The translations under genes were made by a program, and so were the position numbers. Source: Phyllobates terribilis (taxonomy: Eukaryota). From it: 64,000 nt of DNA. The notes beneath the pieces were generated by a model. It was not told where the DNA came from. It saw only the letters and a list, made by a program, of their open reading frames with translations, and ran no database searches. Position 1 is the first letter of the stretch. Each line of letters begins with the position of its first letter. The stretch is from contig NW_027366100.1 in NCBI RefSeq assembly GCF_046119375.1, positions 1-64,000 on the forward strand. The letters run 5' to 3'. This document shows, piece after piece, positions 25,601 through 39,200 of this stretch.

Positions 25601-28600
25601 CATCGTCCTACAACGCCATTCTCGGCCGACCGTGGTTGCATGCAATGGGCGCGATGCACTCTACCCTACACCAGTTGATCGTTTTCCCTCTTAAGGACCG
25701 CGTTGTGCGCGTGCGCGGTGACCAGCGAGCTGCGAGGCACTGCCTAGGGATCGAGGGCTCGGCAACTACGGTCTTGACGGTTCACGAAGATCCTCAGGTG
25801 CTGGACGAGGTTGGAATGCCACCGTACGAGCGAGTTGTGGAATCTCTACGCCGAATCCCTGTAAGTCCTTCTGAACCTGATAAATATTTTTTGGTAAGTG
25901 ATAGTATTACAGGTGACGAGTTGGAGTCCTTAATCGGTCTATTGAGAAGAAACAGAGAGGTCTTTGCTTGGACACCCTATGAGATGCCAGGACTAAGTCC
26001 GGATATCGCCTGTCATCACCTGAACGTCAGGCCGGGAGCGAGACCCGTGGTACTGCGCGGTAGGCGTTCATCCGTGCAACACACCGAAGCTGTCCTAAAA
26101 GAGCTGAAAAAACTGCAGGAAGCAGGAGCCATTTAGGAGGTGCAATTTCCTGAATGGCTAGCTAACCCTGTAGTTGTAAAGAAGAAGAATGGGGAATGGC
26201 GAGTCTGTGTGGACTTTACAGCCTTAACAAAGCTTGTCCAAAAGACCTGTTTCCCCTCCCCAAGATCGACCAATTAGTGGACGCGACGGCAGGGCATGAG
26301 CGATTAAGCTTTCTTGATGCTTATAGAGGATACCATCAAATACCTTTAGCGGAAGGGGATCGCGAGAAAACATCCTTTCTTACACCACGCGGCATATTTT
26401 GCTACCGGGTGATGCCATTTGGTCTGAAAAACGCTGGGGAAACATTCCAACGAATGATTGTAGGCTTATTCGGGGACCTGGTTGGCACCAAGGTAGAAGT
26501 CTACATCGACGATATGGTCGTAAAAAGTAAATACCGAGACTCGCACCTTCATGACCTTCAGGTAGTATGCGACATACTGCGACGCATGGGACTCAAACTT
26601 AATGCGGCAAAGTGTGCATTCGGTGTCGACTCTGGCAAATTTCTGGGGCATCTGGTAACTAAGAGGGGCATTGAAGCAAGCCCAGATCAAATTCGAGCTA
26701 TTTCTACCATCCAGAGTCCCAAGAACGTAAAGGAACTGCAGAGACTCACGGGGATGGCCGCAGCCCTGAACCGGTTTATCAGTAGGTCATTTGAAAAATG
26801 CTGCGCTTTCTTCAAGCTTCTCAAAGGAGGCCGTCTCTTCCAGTGGGACGACGAATGTGAAACGGCTTTGGCTGATTTGAAGAGATATTTGCAAGAGCCT
26901 CCTATACTGACAGTCTCGAAGCGGGAGAGACCTTGATTTTGTATTTGCCAGTCTCGGGCCGCGCAGTTAGTGCTGTCTTAGTACGGGAGGAAAAGCAGCA
27001 ACAAAACCCGGTCTATTACGTCAGCAAGACGTTATTGGATTCCGAATCTAGATATCCGCCCTTAGAACGTCTTTTGCTGGCATTAATCACATCTGCGAGG
27101 AAGCTGAACCATTATTTCCACGCACATCCTATTCGGGTGATGACTTCTTATCCGCTTTGTTCTTTGTTGGGCAGTTCAGATTTGTCAGGCAGAATCGCGA
27201 GATGGGCGGTAGAGCTGGGACAGTACGAGATCGAGTTCGTTCCGAGAACGGCCATTAAAGGGCAGGTCTTGGCAGACTTCATCGCGGAGTTTTTCCAAGA
27301 AGCCCCGATTTTGAGCTTGGGTTCTTGGAAGGTTTCGGTCGGACAACAGGAAACCTGGGAGCTACGTGTCGACGGTGCTAAAAACCGAAGGGGCGCTGGG
27401 GCAGGGCTAGTCATCATTCCTCCGGTCGGCGAAGTCATTCGAACTGCGGTCAAGTTAGAGTTCGAGGCTACCAACAATGAGGCGGAGTATGAGGCGTTGA
27501 TCTTGGGGCTTATTGCAGCCAGAAATCAGGGCGCTGAATCGGTGGTTGTTTACTCGGACTCCCAATTGGTGGTCAATCAATTCACCGGGGAGTATGTGGC
27601 TAAGTCCGAGAGGATGTCTGCGTACGCAGAAAAAGCAAAGAGCATTCTGGCGGGTTTCGCGGCATTCCGGATCGAACAGATTCCTCGCGAGCAGAATGAA
27701 GTGGCGGATGCGTTGGCCACATTGGCTTCGTCATGCATTTCCGGTTCGGAGCTCGTACGGATAGACACTCTAGGTGTTCCGAGTATCGAACAGGAGGAGC
27801 TTTACTCGGTAGATTCTGAGCCGAGTTGGATGGACCCGATTATGGATTTTCTAGTCAAGGGAACCCTCCCGCTCGATAAAAAGGAGGCTAGGCTAGTCAG
27901 ATTGAAGGCGACACGGTTTTGGGTGTCCCCGGATGGAGTACTCCACCGAAAATCTTTCCTCGGTCCCTACCTAAGGTGCATTCAACCATCTAAAGTGCAG
28001 GATACACTCTTCGAGATCCATGAAGGAGTATGCGGCGTTCATGCCGGTAGTCGAACTCTGGCTAACATCGCACGAACACAAGGCTTTTGGTGGCCCTATA
28101 TGCAAAGGGATGCAGAATGCTATGTTCGGAAATGTGAGAAATGCCAGAAGTTTGCTAGGCAGGAGCTTCTTCCAGCTGGGGACTTACGCCCACTGGCTAG
28201 TCCATGGCCCTTCGCTCAATGGGGATTGGACATAGTGGGACCGTTTCCGAAAGCAACCGGGAACCGCCGCTTCCTGATTAGTGCCACGGATTATTTCTCA
28301 AAATGGGTCAAAGCTAAGGCTTTGGCACACATCAGGGATAGTGATGTTATTGGCTTTATCTGGGAATTTATCATCACTCGTTTTGGAATTTCGTTTGCTC
28401 TTGTTTCTGATAACGGCACTCAATTTAGCAGTGCCGCTTTCAAGGAATATTGTGCTGGTTTTGGAATTAGAAACGTATACTCATCAGTGGCTTATCCGCA
28501 GGGAAATGGGCAGGCCGAGGCAACCAACAAGGCGCTCTTGGAGGGGATTAAGAAGAGGCTCGATCAAGCTAAGGGCAGATGGGTGGAGGAGCTCCCAGCC

Positions 28601-30077
28601 GTACTCTGGGCCCACCGGATTACGCCCAGGCGCTCGACCGGAGAGTCTCCTTTCGCACTGACGTATGGTACCGACGTGGTGATCCCCTTGGAGATTGGGC
28701 TACCTGGGGTTTGTACTTTAGCATACCAGCAAGGCGGAAATGACGAGGCTTTGTGTGCGAGTCTCGACTTATTGCAGGAGAGGCGAGAGATGTCGGCGGT
28801 GCGACTGGCTTCCTATCAGCGGGAGTTGGTTCGGGCAAATGGCAAGCGCATCAAGCCCCGTCAGCTCGTGATGGGAGATTTTGTCCTCCGCAAGGTGCTG
28901 GGAAACACACGAGATCCGACGGATGGCAAGCTCGGTCCAACCTGGGAGGGGCCGTACCGGATCGTCGCGGACTTGGGGAACGGTTCTTTCAAGTTGGAAG
29001 ATATGGACGGGAGGGACATCCCCCGTACCTGGAACATCTTCAACCTGAAGAAGTTCTATATATGAGATGCCAGGGGTACTCTTTTTCCTCCTCGTACGGT
29101 TTTTCCCATGAGGTTTTCCTGCGAGGAAGGTTTTAATGAGGCCCCGGGGAGAACTTTTCTTGTTTTAGACTGGTATTCTTTCTTGTATTCTTGGCATCAA
29201 AGACATTTATCGTTAATTTGATTCATTAATCGTTGTTGGATTCATTCTTTGTGCTCATATGACTTATTTGATTCGTTGTTTGCCTGTCTGATTGACGTCG
29301 TGATTGCACTTTTCTCTTATGTGGTTGGTGGTTATGAATTGTTGTATTGAATTTTTTGTGCGTTGTGTGTTTCATGCTTTCTCTCTTGAATAGTACTCCG
29401 AACTCGGAGGGTAGGGAATTTCTGGGCGCCAGCGGCGCGAGAAAAAGGCCTGCCCGGCTGGTGGTTTTTCTGGGCATGCCTAGGCTGCAGGGAAAATGGA
29501 ACAAGTTACGAGCGGGGGAGGGCGAGCCTACAAGCCGCCTTCGGATTCTGGACGGGCATCCCGTACGAATGGAAGGCCAGAGGTTTGCCCGCCGGCGAAC
29601 GATATTGTTCAGGCGGGCTTATTCGTGTGAATTCGAATCACGCGGATGTCATGGTTATACGCGCATGAAAGTAGCTGTGTTGCTGGGTAGCGGGATGCTG
29701 TTTTTTGCGGGCGGCTTGGAGCAGCAGGGATGGACATCTTGAGAGTGGCGTGTTCGGGAAAGGCGGTTTGTTCCTTCCTTCGTTCGAATTCTCGGGTTTA
29801 TGATAAATTCGAGGGGCAAATTGTGGGAGCATAATTTATTCCTGAAGCTAGCTCATTAAATTAAATAGAATTAAATGTAATTAGAAAAGGCAAGGAGGGA
29901 CAATTTAGGAAAATATATGTTTAGGGTATTATTTAAAGACTCCCCTCCCTGCTCTTGGATTTACGCTTTTCTCATTCTAAGAAATACAACAGTTCTTCCA
30001 GAAGCTCTTTTTCTCCATTAACAGGTGATCGAAAGTTCCTTTATCTATTTCTCTTCGTTCAATTTTATGTAACGACA
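22685..30077 (+). mobile_element. Tat/Retand Ty3/Gypsy retrotransposon
   Basis: 256-bp LTRs at 22685-22940 and 29822-30077 (about 10 differences). Perfect TSD ATAGT. PBS TGGCGCCGTCTGTGGG and PPT GAGGGGCAAAT. The 5' region carries tandem repeats (about 23990-24510). Confidence 0.95.
25162..29065 (+). pseudogene. Gypsy pol: protease, RT, Tat-type additional RNase H, integrase; one stop and one frameshift
   Basis: ILVDSGSS, FLDAYRGYHQI, VYIDDMVVKS, TNNEAEYEAL, VYSDSQLVV, WGLDIVGP, SDNGTQF and GNGQAE. Confidence 0.92.
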
Positions 30078-30180
30078 ATAGTTTAAAGTACTCGGCGAGA
30101 CGAATAAAACAATATGACTATGTTTTTTCATATATATTGAGAGAAATCGAGAAGATTCTCTATGAATGTGAATAGTGCAC

Positions 30181-30753
30181 GAACGGTATTGTTCGGGCGG
30201 ACTTATTTGTGTGAATTCGAATCATGCGGATGTCATGGTTATACGCGCAGGAAAGTAGCTGTGTTGCTGGGTAGCGGGATGCTGTTTTTTGCGGGCAGCT
30301 TGGAGCAGCAGGGATGGACGTCTTGAGAGTGGCGTGTTCGGGAAAGGCGATTTGTTCCTTCCTTCGTTCAAATTCTCGGGTTTACGACAAATCCGAAAAT
30401 TCGAGGGGCAAATTGTGGGAGCATAATTTATTCCTGAAGCTAGCTCATTAAATTAAATAGAATTAAATGTAATTAGAAAAGGCAAGGAGGGGCAATTTAG
30501 GAAAATATATGGTTAGGGTATTATTTAAAGACTCCCCTCCCTGCTCTTGGATTTACGCTTTTCTCAGTCTAAGAAATACAACAGTTCTTCCAGAAGCTCT
30601 TTTTCTCCATTAACAGGTGATCGAATGTTCCTTTATCTATTTCTCTTCATTCAATTTTATGTAACGACAATAGTTAAAGTACTCGGCGTATGTTTTTTCA
30701 TATATATTGAGAGAAATCGAGAAGATTCTCTATAAATGTGAATAGTGCACGAA
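30181..30753 (+). repeat. Tandem duplicate of the Retand 3' end, including a third LTR (30414-30669), the TSD and flank
   Basis: Near-identical to about 29596-30180. LTR2 and LTR3 differ at about 5 positions. Confidence 0.92.
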
Positions 30754-33171
30754 ATGAAATGGGAAGAAGATTATGGGACGGAGGGAGTAAGTAACTTAAA
30801 ACACTAAAAAGTAACTACTAATTAATTATTAAATTTATACTTTAAATTGTTTAATATGTGATTTTAGATACACATTAAAAAAATTGTATTTATATATTCC
30901 TAAAATTCCTTTTGAGTATATAATTTTTATAGATTTATGCTTATTTTGTTTTTTATTATTTGTGATTGTGGTTATAATTATCTTATGGTGGTTTTTTATG
31001 AAGTAATTTCAATAAAAAACTATATATATATATAATATTAAAGGAATATGGAAAAACAGTCTTAGAATCGTTTTTATCACATGTCGCTCTTAAAATAAAA
31101 GTTGAAATTTTTGCCAAGTGTCATTTTAGAGCTTTCTACTCATCAGTCACGTAGGACCCTGTAATCAATTTAATTTTCATTTTTTTCTTTAAATACTTCG
31201 TAAATGTGTAAAAGGAGAGTTAATGATTTTGAAATAATCTCTAAAATTGAAAAATTAAGATTTCTTTTAAAAAAAGAAATGTCTCAAAAAAACTTATAAT
31301 TTTTTAATCTTCCAAAAGAAGCATCCCTAAAACATCATTCATTTAAGTAATCATGAAAAATGAAATTTTGTTGATATTATTCTCAAAATTTTAAAAATTG
31401 AAGTTTAGTTTTTTCCAAATTAAAAAATCCAATTACACAAATTCGTAATAAATATGTTATATTTTTATTAGTATCTTTTATATATATTTAAAAACTATAA
31501 TATATTAATAATTATTTTTTAAATATAAAATTATGATAAATCGCGTGCATGAGCGCGATATAAACTAGTTTAAATTAAAACTGGTTTGTTAAAATTAAAA
31601 TTATTTTCTATTTCCGGTAGGAGGGAGTAGTAGCTTAATTAACGTATTAGAAATGCCCATAAATCGAGGAGTGTAAGGGACATAATGGTGAATTGAGGAA
31701 AGCAGTACCCTGGAAAGAAGGAAAGTCGGAGGGGATGCTTATTAATGAAGGGAAGTTTGGAATGGTCAAAGTGTCAAACACGTCATTAACGCTTCAGTGG
31801 TGAGAAGGGGTAAGTTACGTATTAGCCCTTGAATCGCGTAATGAAAGATAATAAAGGGAGTGGCTAACTGTCAGATTATAGTGTGGTTGCGGCGCCGCGT
31901 GATGACTGGTAGGATTTAAGTGAGGGAGGTTCGACGAAGTTACCGTTGCGAGGGTATATAATGTTTGTCGTCATCTGGGCCTCTACAGACCGTTGCTTCG
32001 CGGGCCCAATTCACATCATTTAAGCCCATCAGTCAGGGCATCAAATCACGTTTACATGAAGATACATAAACTACTTTTTTTTCTTAGGGTGTTTTTTAAC
32101 TATCCCTTATACACTTTTCGAACAAGTAATTATCTCCATACTTTAAGAAACTGATTATTTGACCCCCTTTATATCAAAATCCTAAAATTATCACCTATGT
32201 ACCACAATTTATTGTCATCGATAAATAGTTTTCCAAATTTTATTGTCATCAACCCAATTTATTGTCAGCAACACTAAAATTTATTGTCAGCAACAAATAA
32301 TTTTCTAAATTTTATTATCATCAACACAATTTATTGTCATCAACACTAAAATTTATTGTCAGCAACAAATAATCTTCCAAATTTTATTGTCATCAACACA
32401 ATTTATTGTCATAAACATTAAATTTTATTGTCAAAACAAATAATTTTCTAAATTTTATTGTCATCAATACAATTTATTGTTATAAACACACAAATTTATT
32501 GTCATCATCACTTAAATTTATTGTCACTAAGAAATGATTTTCAAAATTTTATTGTCATCAACACAACTTATTGTCACCATCACTAAAATTTATTGTCAGT
32601 AACAAATAATTTTCCAAATTTTATTGTCATCAACAATAAAATTTATTGTCAGCAACAAATAATTTTCTAAATTTTATTGTCATCAACACAATTTATTGTC
32701 ATCAACACTTAAATTTATTGTCAGCAACAAATGATTTTCCAAAATTTATTGTCATCAACACTAAAATTTATTGTCAGTAACAAATAATTTTCTAAATTTT
32801 ATTGTCATCAACATAAAATTTATTGCCAGCAAAAAATAATCTTCCAAATTTTATTGTCATCAACAAAATTTATTGTCATCAACACTTAAATTTTATTGTC
32901 AGCAACAAATAATTTTCCAAATTTTATTGTCATCAACACAATTTATTGTCATCAACACTAAAATTTATTGTCAAAAATAAATAATTTTCTAAATTTTGTT
33001 GTCATCAACACAATTTATTGACATCAACACTAAAATTTATTGTCAGCAACAAATAATCTTCCAAATTTTATTGTCATTAACACAATCGGCGTTTTTGCTA
33101 TATAGACCAGAAGCATAGATGAAACTAGGTAACTAACCTCCGTTTAGAAGTTTGCAAAACTAACCTCGTGA

Positions 33172-34195
33172 AGACACTTTCATGTGATGACACTTTCATG
33201 TGATGACAGTTTCATGTAATGACACTTTTTAGTGATGACACTTTTTCATGTGATGACACTTTTTCATGTGATGACACTTTCATGTGATGACACTTTTTAG
33301 TGATGACACTTTCATGTGATGACACTTTTTAGTGATGACACTTTTTAGTGATGACACTTTTTCATGTGATGACAGTTTCATGTGATGACACTTTTTTAGT
33401 GATGAGACTTTATTATGTGATGACGGTTTCTTTCATGTGATGACAGTTTCATGTGATAACACTTTTTAGTGATGACACTTTTTCATGTGATGACAGTTTC
33501 ATGTGATGAAACTTTTTAGTGATGGCAATTTTTCATGTGATGACACCTTCATGTGATGACAGTTTCATGTGATGACACTTTTTAGTGATGACATTTTTTC
33601 ATGTGATGACAGTTCCATGTGATGACACTTTCATGTGATGACACTTTTTAGTGATGACACTTTTTCAGTGATGACGCTTTTTGCAGTGATGACACTTTTT
33701 TACTATCATGTGATGACACTGTCATGTGATGACACTTTCAGGTGATGACAGTTTCATGTGATGACAATTTCATGTGATGACAGTTTTATGTGATGACAGT
33801 GTCACGTGATGACACTTTTTAATGATGACACTTTCAGATAATGACACTTTTTAGTGATGACACTTTCAAGTGATGACACTTTAATGTAATGACACTTTTT
33901 AGTGATGACAATGATAAGGTGATGACACTTTTTTAGTGATATTTTTAGTGATGAAGCTTTTGAAGCGATGACAATTTCTAAACATAAAAAGATTGTCATC
34001 AACCTTAAAAATAGAGTCATTAACCTTGAAAAAGTGTCATTAAACTTGAAAATAGTGTCATCAATCTTGAAAAAATTGTCATCAAATTTGAAAAAGTGTC
34101 ACCAAGCTTGAAAACATTGTCATCAACCTTGAAAATAGTGTCATCAATCTTTAAAAAATGTGATCAAGCTTATAAATAGTGTGATCAACCTTTAA
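33172..34195. repeat. Subterminal arrays of the Pack-MULE: GTGATGACAC 13-15-mers (33172-33965) and inverted GTCATCAACCTTGAAAA 17-mers (34010-34195)
   Basis: Visible directly in the sequence. Confidence 0.93.
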
Positions 34196-34326
34196 AAAGG
34201 TACAATTAATTACTTACGTCAAATTGCACTTTACAACTCTGCACCACCCCTATCCCGACTTTTCCTTTCATTTACTTGTTTCTTCATATCATCATGTATA
34301 TAAACTAGTAGCTACGCAAGACAAGG

Positions 34327-34832
34327 CTATGGTGTAGAATTTACAGAGATCTCATGAGACATTGAGCTTTGCTGGTCAGCACTGAAAGACTGGATCTTGA
34401 GATGCTGCAATGGCTTTAGAGCAACACAGAGTTGGGCGAATGAAGGACACAAGTTTGGGTCACTGTATAAGAAAGAGTTGAGAATATTAAAAGTGAAACA
34501 AAAGAAAACAAAGGTACAATTAATTACTTACGTCTGCCAGCATTCCCATATTATTCTTGCAACTAATGGATCAATCTCTTTAGGGATCTCAAGGCGTCGG
34601 TCCTGGAAACCAACTGCTCCAACAACTTGCATCGGATTCATTCCACTCCAAGGCTGCCTCAGGGTCGCCAGCTCCCATAATATTAATCCAAAGCTGTAGA
34701 TATCACATCTGACAGTACCCACAACTCATCACATTTTAATGCCACGCATAAAATCATTACAGTAATAAAATATTCAACTCACTTCTCATTGGATGGTTCA
34801 TTGCGAAGTATTTCAGGTGCCATCCACTCAGG
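34327..34832 (-). pseudogene. EDR1: Captured last three exons of an EDR1-like Raf MAPKKK (34832-34783, 34708-34532, 34462-34327)
   Basis: [52 protein letters not shown] and DPNLCPSFAQL...HEISVNSTP-stop, with GT-AG introns retained. Confidence 0.88.
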
Positions 34833-35371
34833 CTAATCAAATTATATACCAGATTAATGACAGCAACAATTTCATACTATCACAGTAACTCCCCCAATTT
34901 CATTCAATTGAAAATGATGACAACAACAATTTCATACTATGATAGTAACTCCCCTAACAAATTCAACTGAAAATCAGCAAACTCAGCTAACAAACTCAGC
35001 AAACTGAAAATCCTGCAAGCTCAACTATCAAATTCAACTAAAAATTCATCGAACTGAAAATTCCAAGCAGTTGAAATTCAGCTGAAAAAATTCCAAGCAA
35101 ACTCAGCTGAAAGAATTATTAACAAACTCAGCTGAAAAGTTTCCAAGCATTTGAAAATTCCAAGAAATCTCACTTGAAAAATTCAGCATAATACAAGGCA
35201 TGACAAACGTGTTCTTAACAGGAGATAATATGAGTTCAAGAGAACTTAGCATTGTGATGGGTTAATTATTTTCTCTTAGGGTTAAGAAATCTATCCATAG
35301 AATGTATCAACAACCTCTACCGAAACAAGAAATGAAATACTGGATGCAGTAGAAACTGAGTTGTAAGTTAC

Positions 35372-36250
35372 CTGCTCAGTCTTCTCCTCAACACCATCGG
35401 AGATGAATTTTTCAGTCTGCACTTAAATTAGACATCCTTGTTATGCACAATTACAAAAGCAGTAATCATTTCAGAAAAGAAATTGACTTGTAAGCATAGT
35501 ACCTCGGGAATAAGACCAAGACAGCCGGAGTAAAGAGCAAGTTGTTAGCTTTGATAGCCTGAGAATAAGGATCCAATGCAGTTGGTGCATTCTCAGTTTG
35601 AATAGCCTCTTTAATGCCTACGTTTCACACAGTTACAACAAATTTCATACTATCACAGTAACTCCCCCAATTTCATTCAATTGAAAATGATGACAGCAAC
35701 AATTTCATTCAATTGAAAACAATTAGAATAACTCATCCAATTTCATTTAGCAAATGCAGTTAAGCGAATGATCTTGCAATTTCAATCAATTGCAAGCGAT
35801 TATAGTAATAAAATGAAATGTGAGTCAAGAGAGAGACGATTGAGGAAGAAGGAACATAGGAAAAAGGGAAGCTAAATTACTAGGCTGAGCGGAGACGCTC
35901 ATGGAAGCGAAGGGGATGGATTTTCAACGAGAAGATGATTGCCAAAACTTGGAACCGACGAAGGAAACGCAGCCAACTCCAGTGAGAACAGGGCCCCTGG
36001 TTCTGACGGAGGCGTCGTCTAAAGCCGGAAAATTGAATGACGCCCTTGCTGCAGTCTATGCCATTGAGACTGTTCGTGCTATATACGGCTACGTCTCCGA
36101 CTCGTGCTATCTACGGCTTCGTCTCCGGCCGGTCGTCTTCGGCTCGTTGTCCTCTCAGCAGAACTCGATCGCCAAAACTTGGAAGCGCCGAAGGAAACAC
36201 AGCCAACTCCAGCGAGAATAGGGCCCCTGGTTCTGACGGAGGCGTCAGCA
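35372..36250 (-). pseudogene. RIDA: Captured exons 1-3 of plastid RidA (YjgF/YER057c/UK114); exon 1 ends 35881, exon 2 35617-35503, exon 3 35416-35372
   Basis: GVGCVSF...PFASMSVSA transit-peptide region, KEAIQTENAPTALDPYSQAIKANNL and TEKFISDGVEEKTEQ. One TGA in exon 1 and a 1-nt deletion in exon 2. A 77-bp part of exon 1 is duplicated (35941-36017 and 36171-36247). Confidence 0.88.
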
Positions 36251-39200
36251 GAGCTCGACCGCCGTCCTCGTTCGTTGTCTGGTGTCTTCAAGCGTGAAGG
36301 GGTGAAGAGTATGCCACTCATCAGCTCTGAGACCCACCGGAAGAAGAGATCGAAACCGTAAGCAACGAAGAGAGTGATGTGAAGCTTTGAAGCTTTCAGA
36401 GAAAGGAGGGAGTCCGTGGCAGGGGAGAAGGGAAGCAAGGGAAAATGAAGAAGAGAGAGAGCGTTTTCAGGATTAGGTTTTTTATATAAGGGTTAGTTTC
36501 TAAAATTAATAAAAATGGAGATTAGTTTGTTAAATAATATAGTAAAAAGAGTTAATTAATGATAATTTTTCTTAACACAATTTATTGTCATAAACATTAA
36601 AATTTATTGTCAGCAACAAATAATTTTCTAATTTTATTGTCATCAACACAATTTATTGTCATAAACACTAAAATTTATTATTAGCAACAAATAATTTTCT
36701 AAATTTTATTGTCAGCAACACAATTTATTGTCATCATTACTTAAATTTATTGTCATCAAGAAATGATTTTCAAAATTTTATTGTCATAAACACAATTTTT
36801 TGTCATCAACACTTAAATTTATTGTCAGCAATAAATAATTTTCTAAATTTTATTGTCATCAACACAACTTATTGTCATCATCTCTAAAATTTATTGTCAG
36901 CAACAAATAATTTTCCAAATTTTATTGTCATCAACACAACTTATTGTCACCAGCACTAAAATTTATTGTCAGCAACAAATAATTTTCCAAATTTTATTGT
37001 CATCAACAATAAAATTTATTGTCAGCAACAAATAATTTTCTAAATTTCATTTTCATCAACACTTAAATTTATTGTCACCAACAAATGATTTTCCAAATTT
37101 TATTGTCATCAACACTAAAATTTATTGTCAGCAACAAATAATTTTCTAAATTTTATTGTCATCAACACTAAAATTTATTGTCAGCGACAAATAATTTTCC
37201 AAATTTTATTATCATCAACACTAAAATTTATTGTCATCAAGAAATAATTTTCAAAATTTTATTGTCATAAATACAATTTATTGTCATCAACACTTAAATT
37301 TATTGTCAGCAAAAAAAAATCCAAATTTTATTGTCATCAACACAATTTATCTTCATCGACATTAAAATTTATTGTCAGCAACAAATAATATTTCAAATTT
37401 TATTGTCATCAACCTAACATTTATTGTCAGCAACAAATAAATTTCCAAATTTTATTGTCATCAACACAATTTATTGTCAGCAACACTAAAATTTATTGTC
37501 AGCAACAAATAATTTTCCAAATTTTATTGTCATCAACACAATTTATCTTCATCGACATTAAAATTTATTGTCAGCAACAAATAATATTTCAAATTTTATT
37601 GTCATCAACCTAACATTTATTGTCAGCAACAAAATAAATTTCCAAATTTTATTGTCATCAACACAATTTATTGTCAGCAACACTAAAATTTATTGTCAGC
37701 AACAAATAATTTTCCAAATTTTATTATCATCAACACAATTTATTGTCATCATCAATTAAATTTATTGTCATCAAGAAATGATTTTCAAAATTTTATTATC
37801 ATCAACACTAAAATTTATTGTCAGCAATAAATTATTTTTCAATTTTTTTATCATCATCACTAAAGTTATTGTCAGCAACAAATAATTTTTCAAATTTTGT
37901 TGTCATCAACATACTTTATTGTCAACACTAAAATTTATTGTTATCAACACAATTTATTGTCATCACTTAAATTTTTTGTCATCATTACTTAAATTTATTG
38001 TCATCAACACTTAACTTTGTTGTCATCAACATGAATGGTGCCAAAAACATTTAGAAATCGAGACATTTAGGTTATGTTATCTTCATCATATTTATTATGT
38101 CTTCAAAAACTCCAATGTGCAAACATCAAAAAAACACTTCTACACAAAATGTACCTCTAGAGAAGAAGTTGTAAACATCTTCAAAAATCTCCCTAGTAGC
38201 CAGGACATTAATAGGACCTGTAAACATCTTCAAAATCTCCCTGCAATAGCAGGCACACTAGATAAACATCCACATGTTCAATTTGCATCAGATCATCAGA
38301 AGTGGAGAGCATATAGTTTAAGACAACCCCCGAGATTTGCCTGGAAGAAAAGAAAAAACATCTCCATCAACAAGGATGCATCTAGATCTGCTCAATCATC
38401 TTCTAGCTACAAATAGTTGTTGTTATAAACAAAATTGAACAAAAACCTAACTAGCCATCGAATCAAAAGAATTGAGAGCGAAAAAATCATTCTCAGCAAG
38501 CTTAGGATGTAATAGCCTATCAATCACTGGTGAATCGATGGAGGAATTGAGCTTGCAGATCGAATCTTCGAGAGCGAGATGACGCTGGCGAGTCGATTGT
38601 TCATCTTTCGACGAATTTGCAGCGAAGGACGCAGCCGAAGGTACTCCCAGATTTGAGCTTGAGTTTACGAGATGATTTTGGCAGAACGGAAGCTTTCCCG
38701 GAAGCGGTGTCCCAGATAGGAGCTTCAAAAGGCATTCCTCTTATTTCCTTCATTCCTCATGTCGGAGGTACTCCACCATGGACGAGATCCACCACAGTCG
38801 ACACTGTCGGCGACAACGGTGATGGCCGAATCTCATTTGTATCCTCAGCGCACAGAGAGAGCGAGGGTTGGGGAGGGAGTAAGAGAGGGAGGAGAAAGAG
38901 CGAAGGTTTGGAGTTGCGTATCTCCGAGCTCATGTCTGGAGACGTGAATCCGACAATTTATGGCTTGCTTCCCACGGTTGTCGCCAAATCTAGGCACTCA
39001 AATTTCCGAACCGGTGACCATTGAATAGCTTAGAAATTGCTTCTGGAGCAGGAGAATCGGCTAGCCCTAAGTGGACAAGGTCTGAAAATGCTAGCGTGGT
39101 TGACTGGGTATCGAATTTGGCTCCCAAGCTCCGGTGAAGGTGAAAACAGGGGGTTGAGGTAGCGTCTCGTGTATGGGCTATGTCTTCTGCTTGTGATGGA

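Larger units (their letters stand above)
22562..30789. mobile_element. Stowaway MITE split by the Retand insertion (pieces about 22562-22684 and 30078-30789)
   Basis: Degenerate left end TACTTCTTTCGTT and right end GGGACGGAGGGAGTA. Confidence 0.55.
33087..36572 (-). mobile_element. Pack-MULE carrying RidA and EDR1 gene fragments
   Basis: 10-bp direct repeat TTAACACAAT on both flanks, a variant of the array unit. Degenerate MULE-like ends and intron-containing host exons inside. Confidence 0.8.
32205..38030 (+). repeat. AT-rich tandem array (core TTTATTGTCA[T/G]CAACA, about 65-bp higher-order unit); pieces 32205-33086 and 36573-38030
   Basis: Recurring subunits aacacaatttattgtcatc, aacactaaaatttattgtcagc and aacaaataattttccaaattttattgtcatc. 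Confidence 0.95.

Noticed and set aside
32205-38030. Repeat arrays as CRISPR-like or coding
   Set aside because: There are no unique spacers and the context is eukaryotic. The ORFs at 36853, 37568 and 44136-44723 are translations of the repeat.
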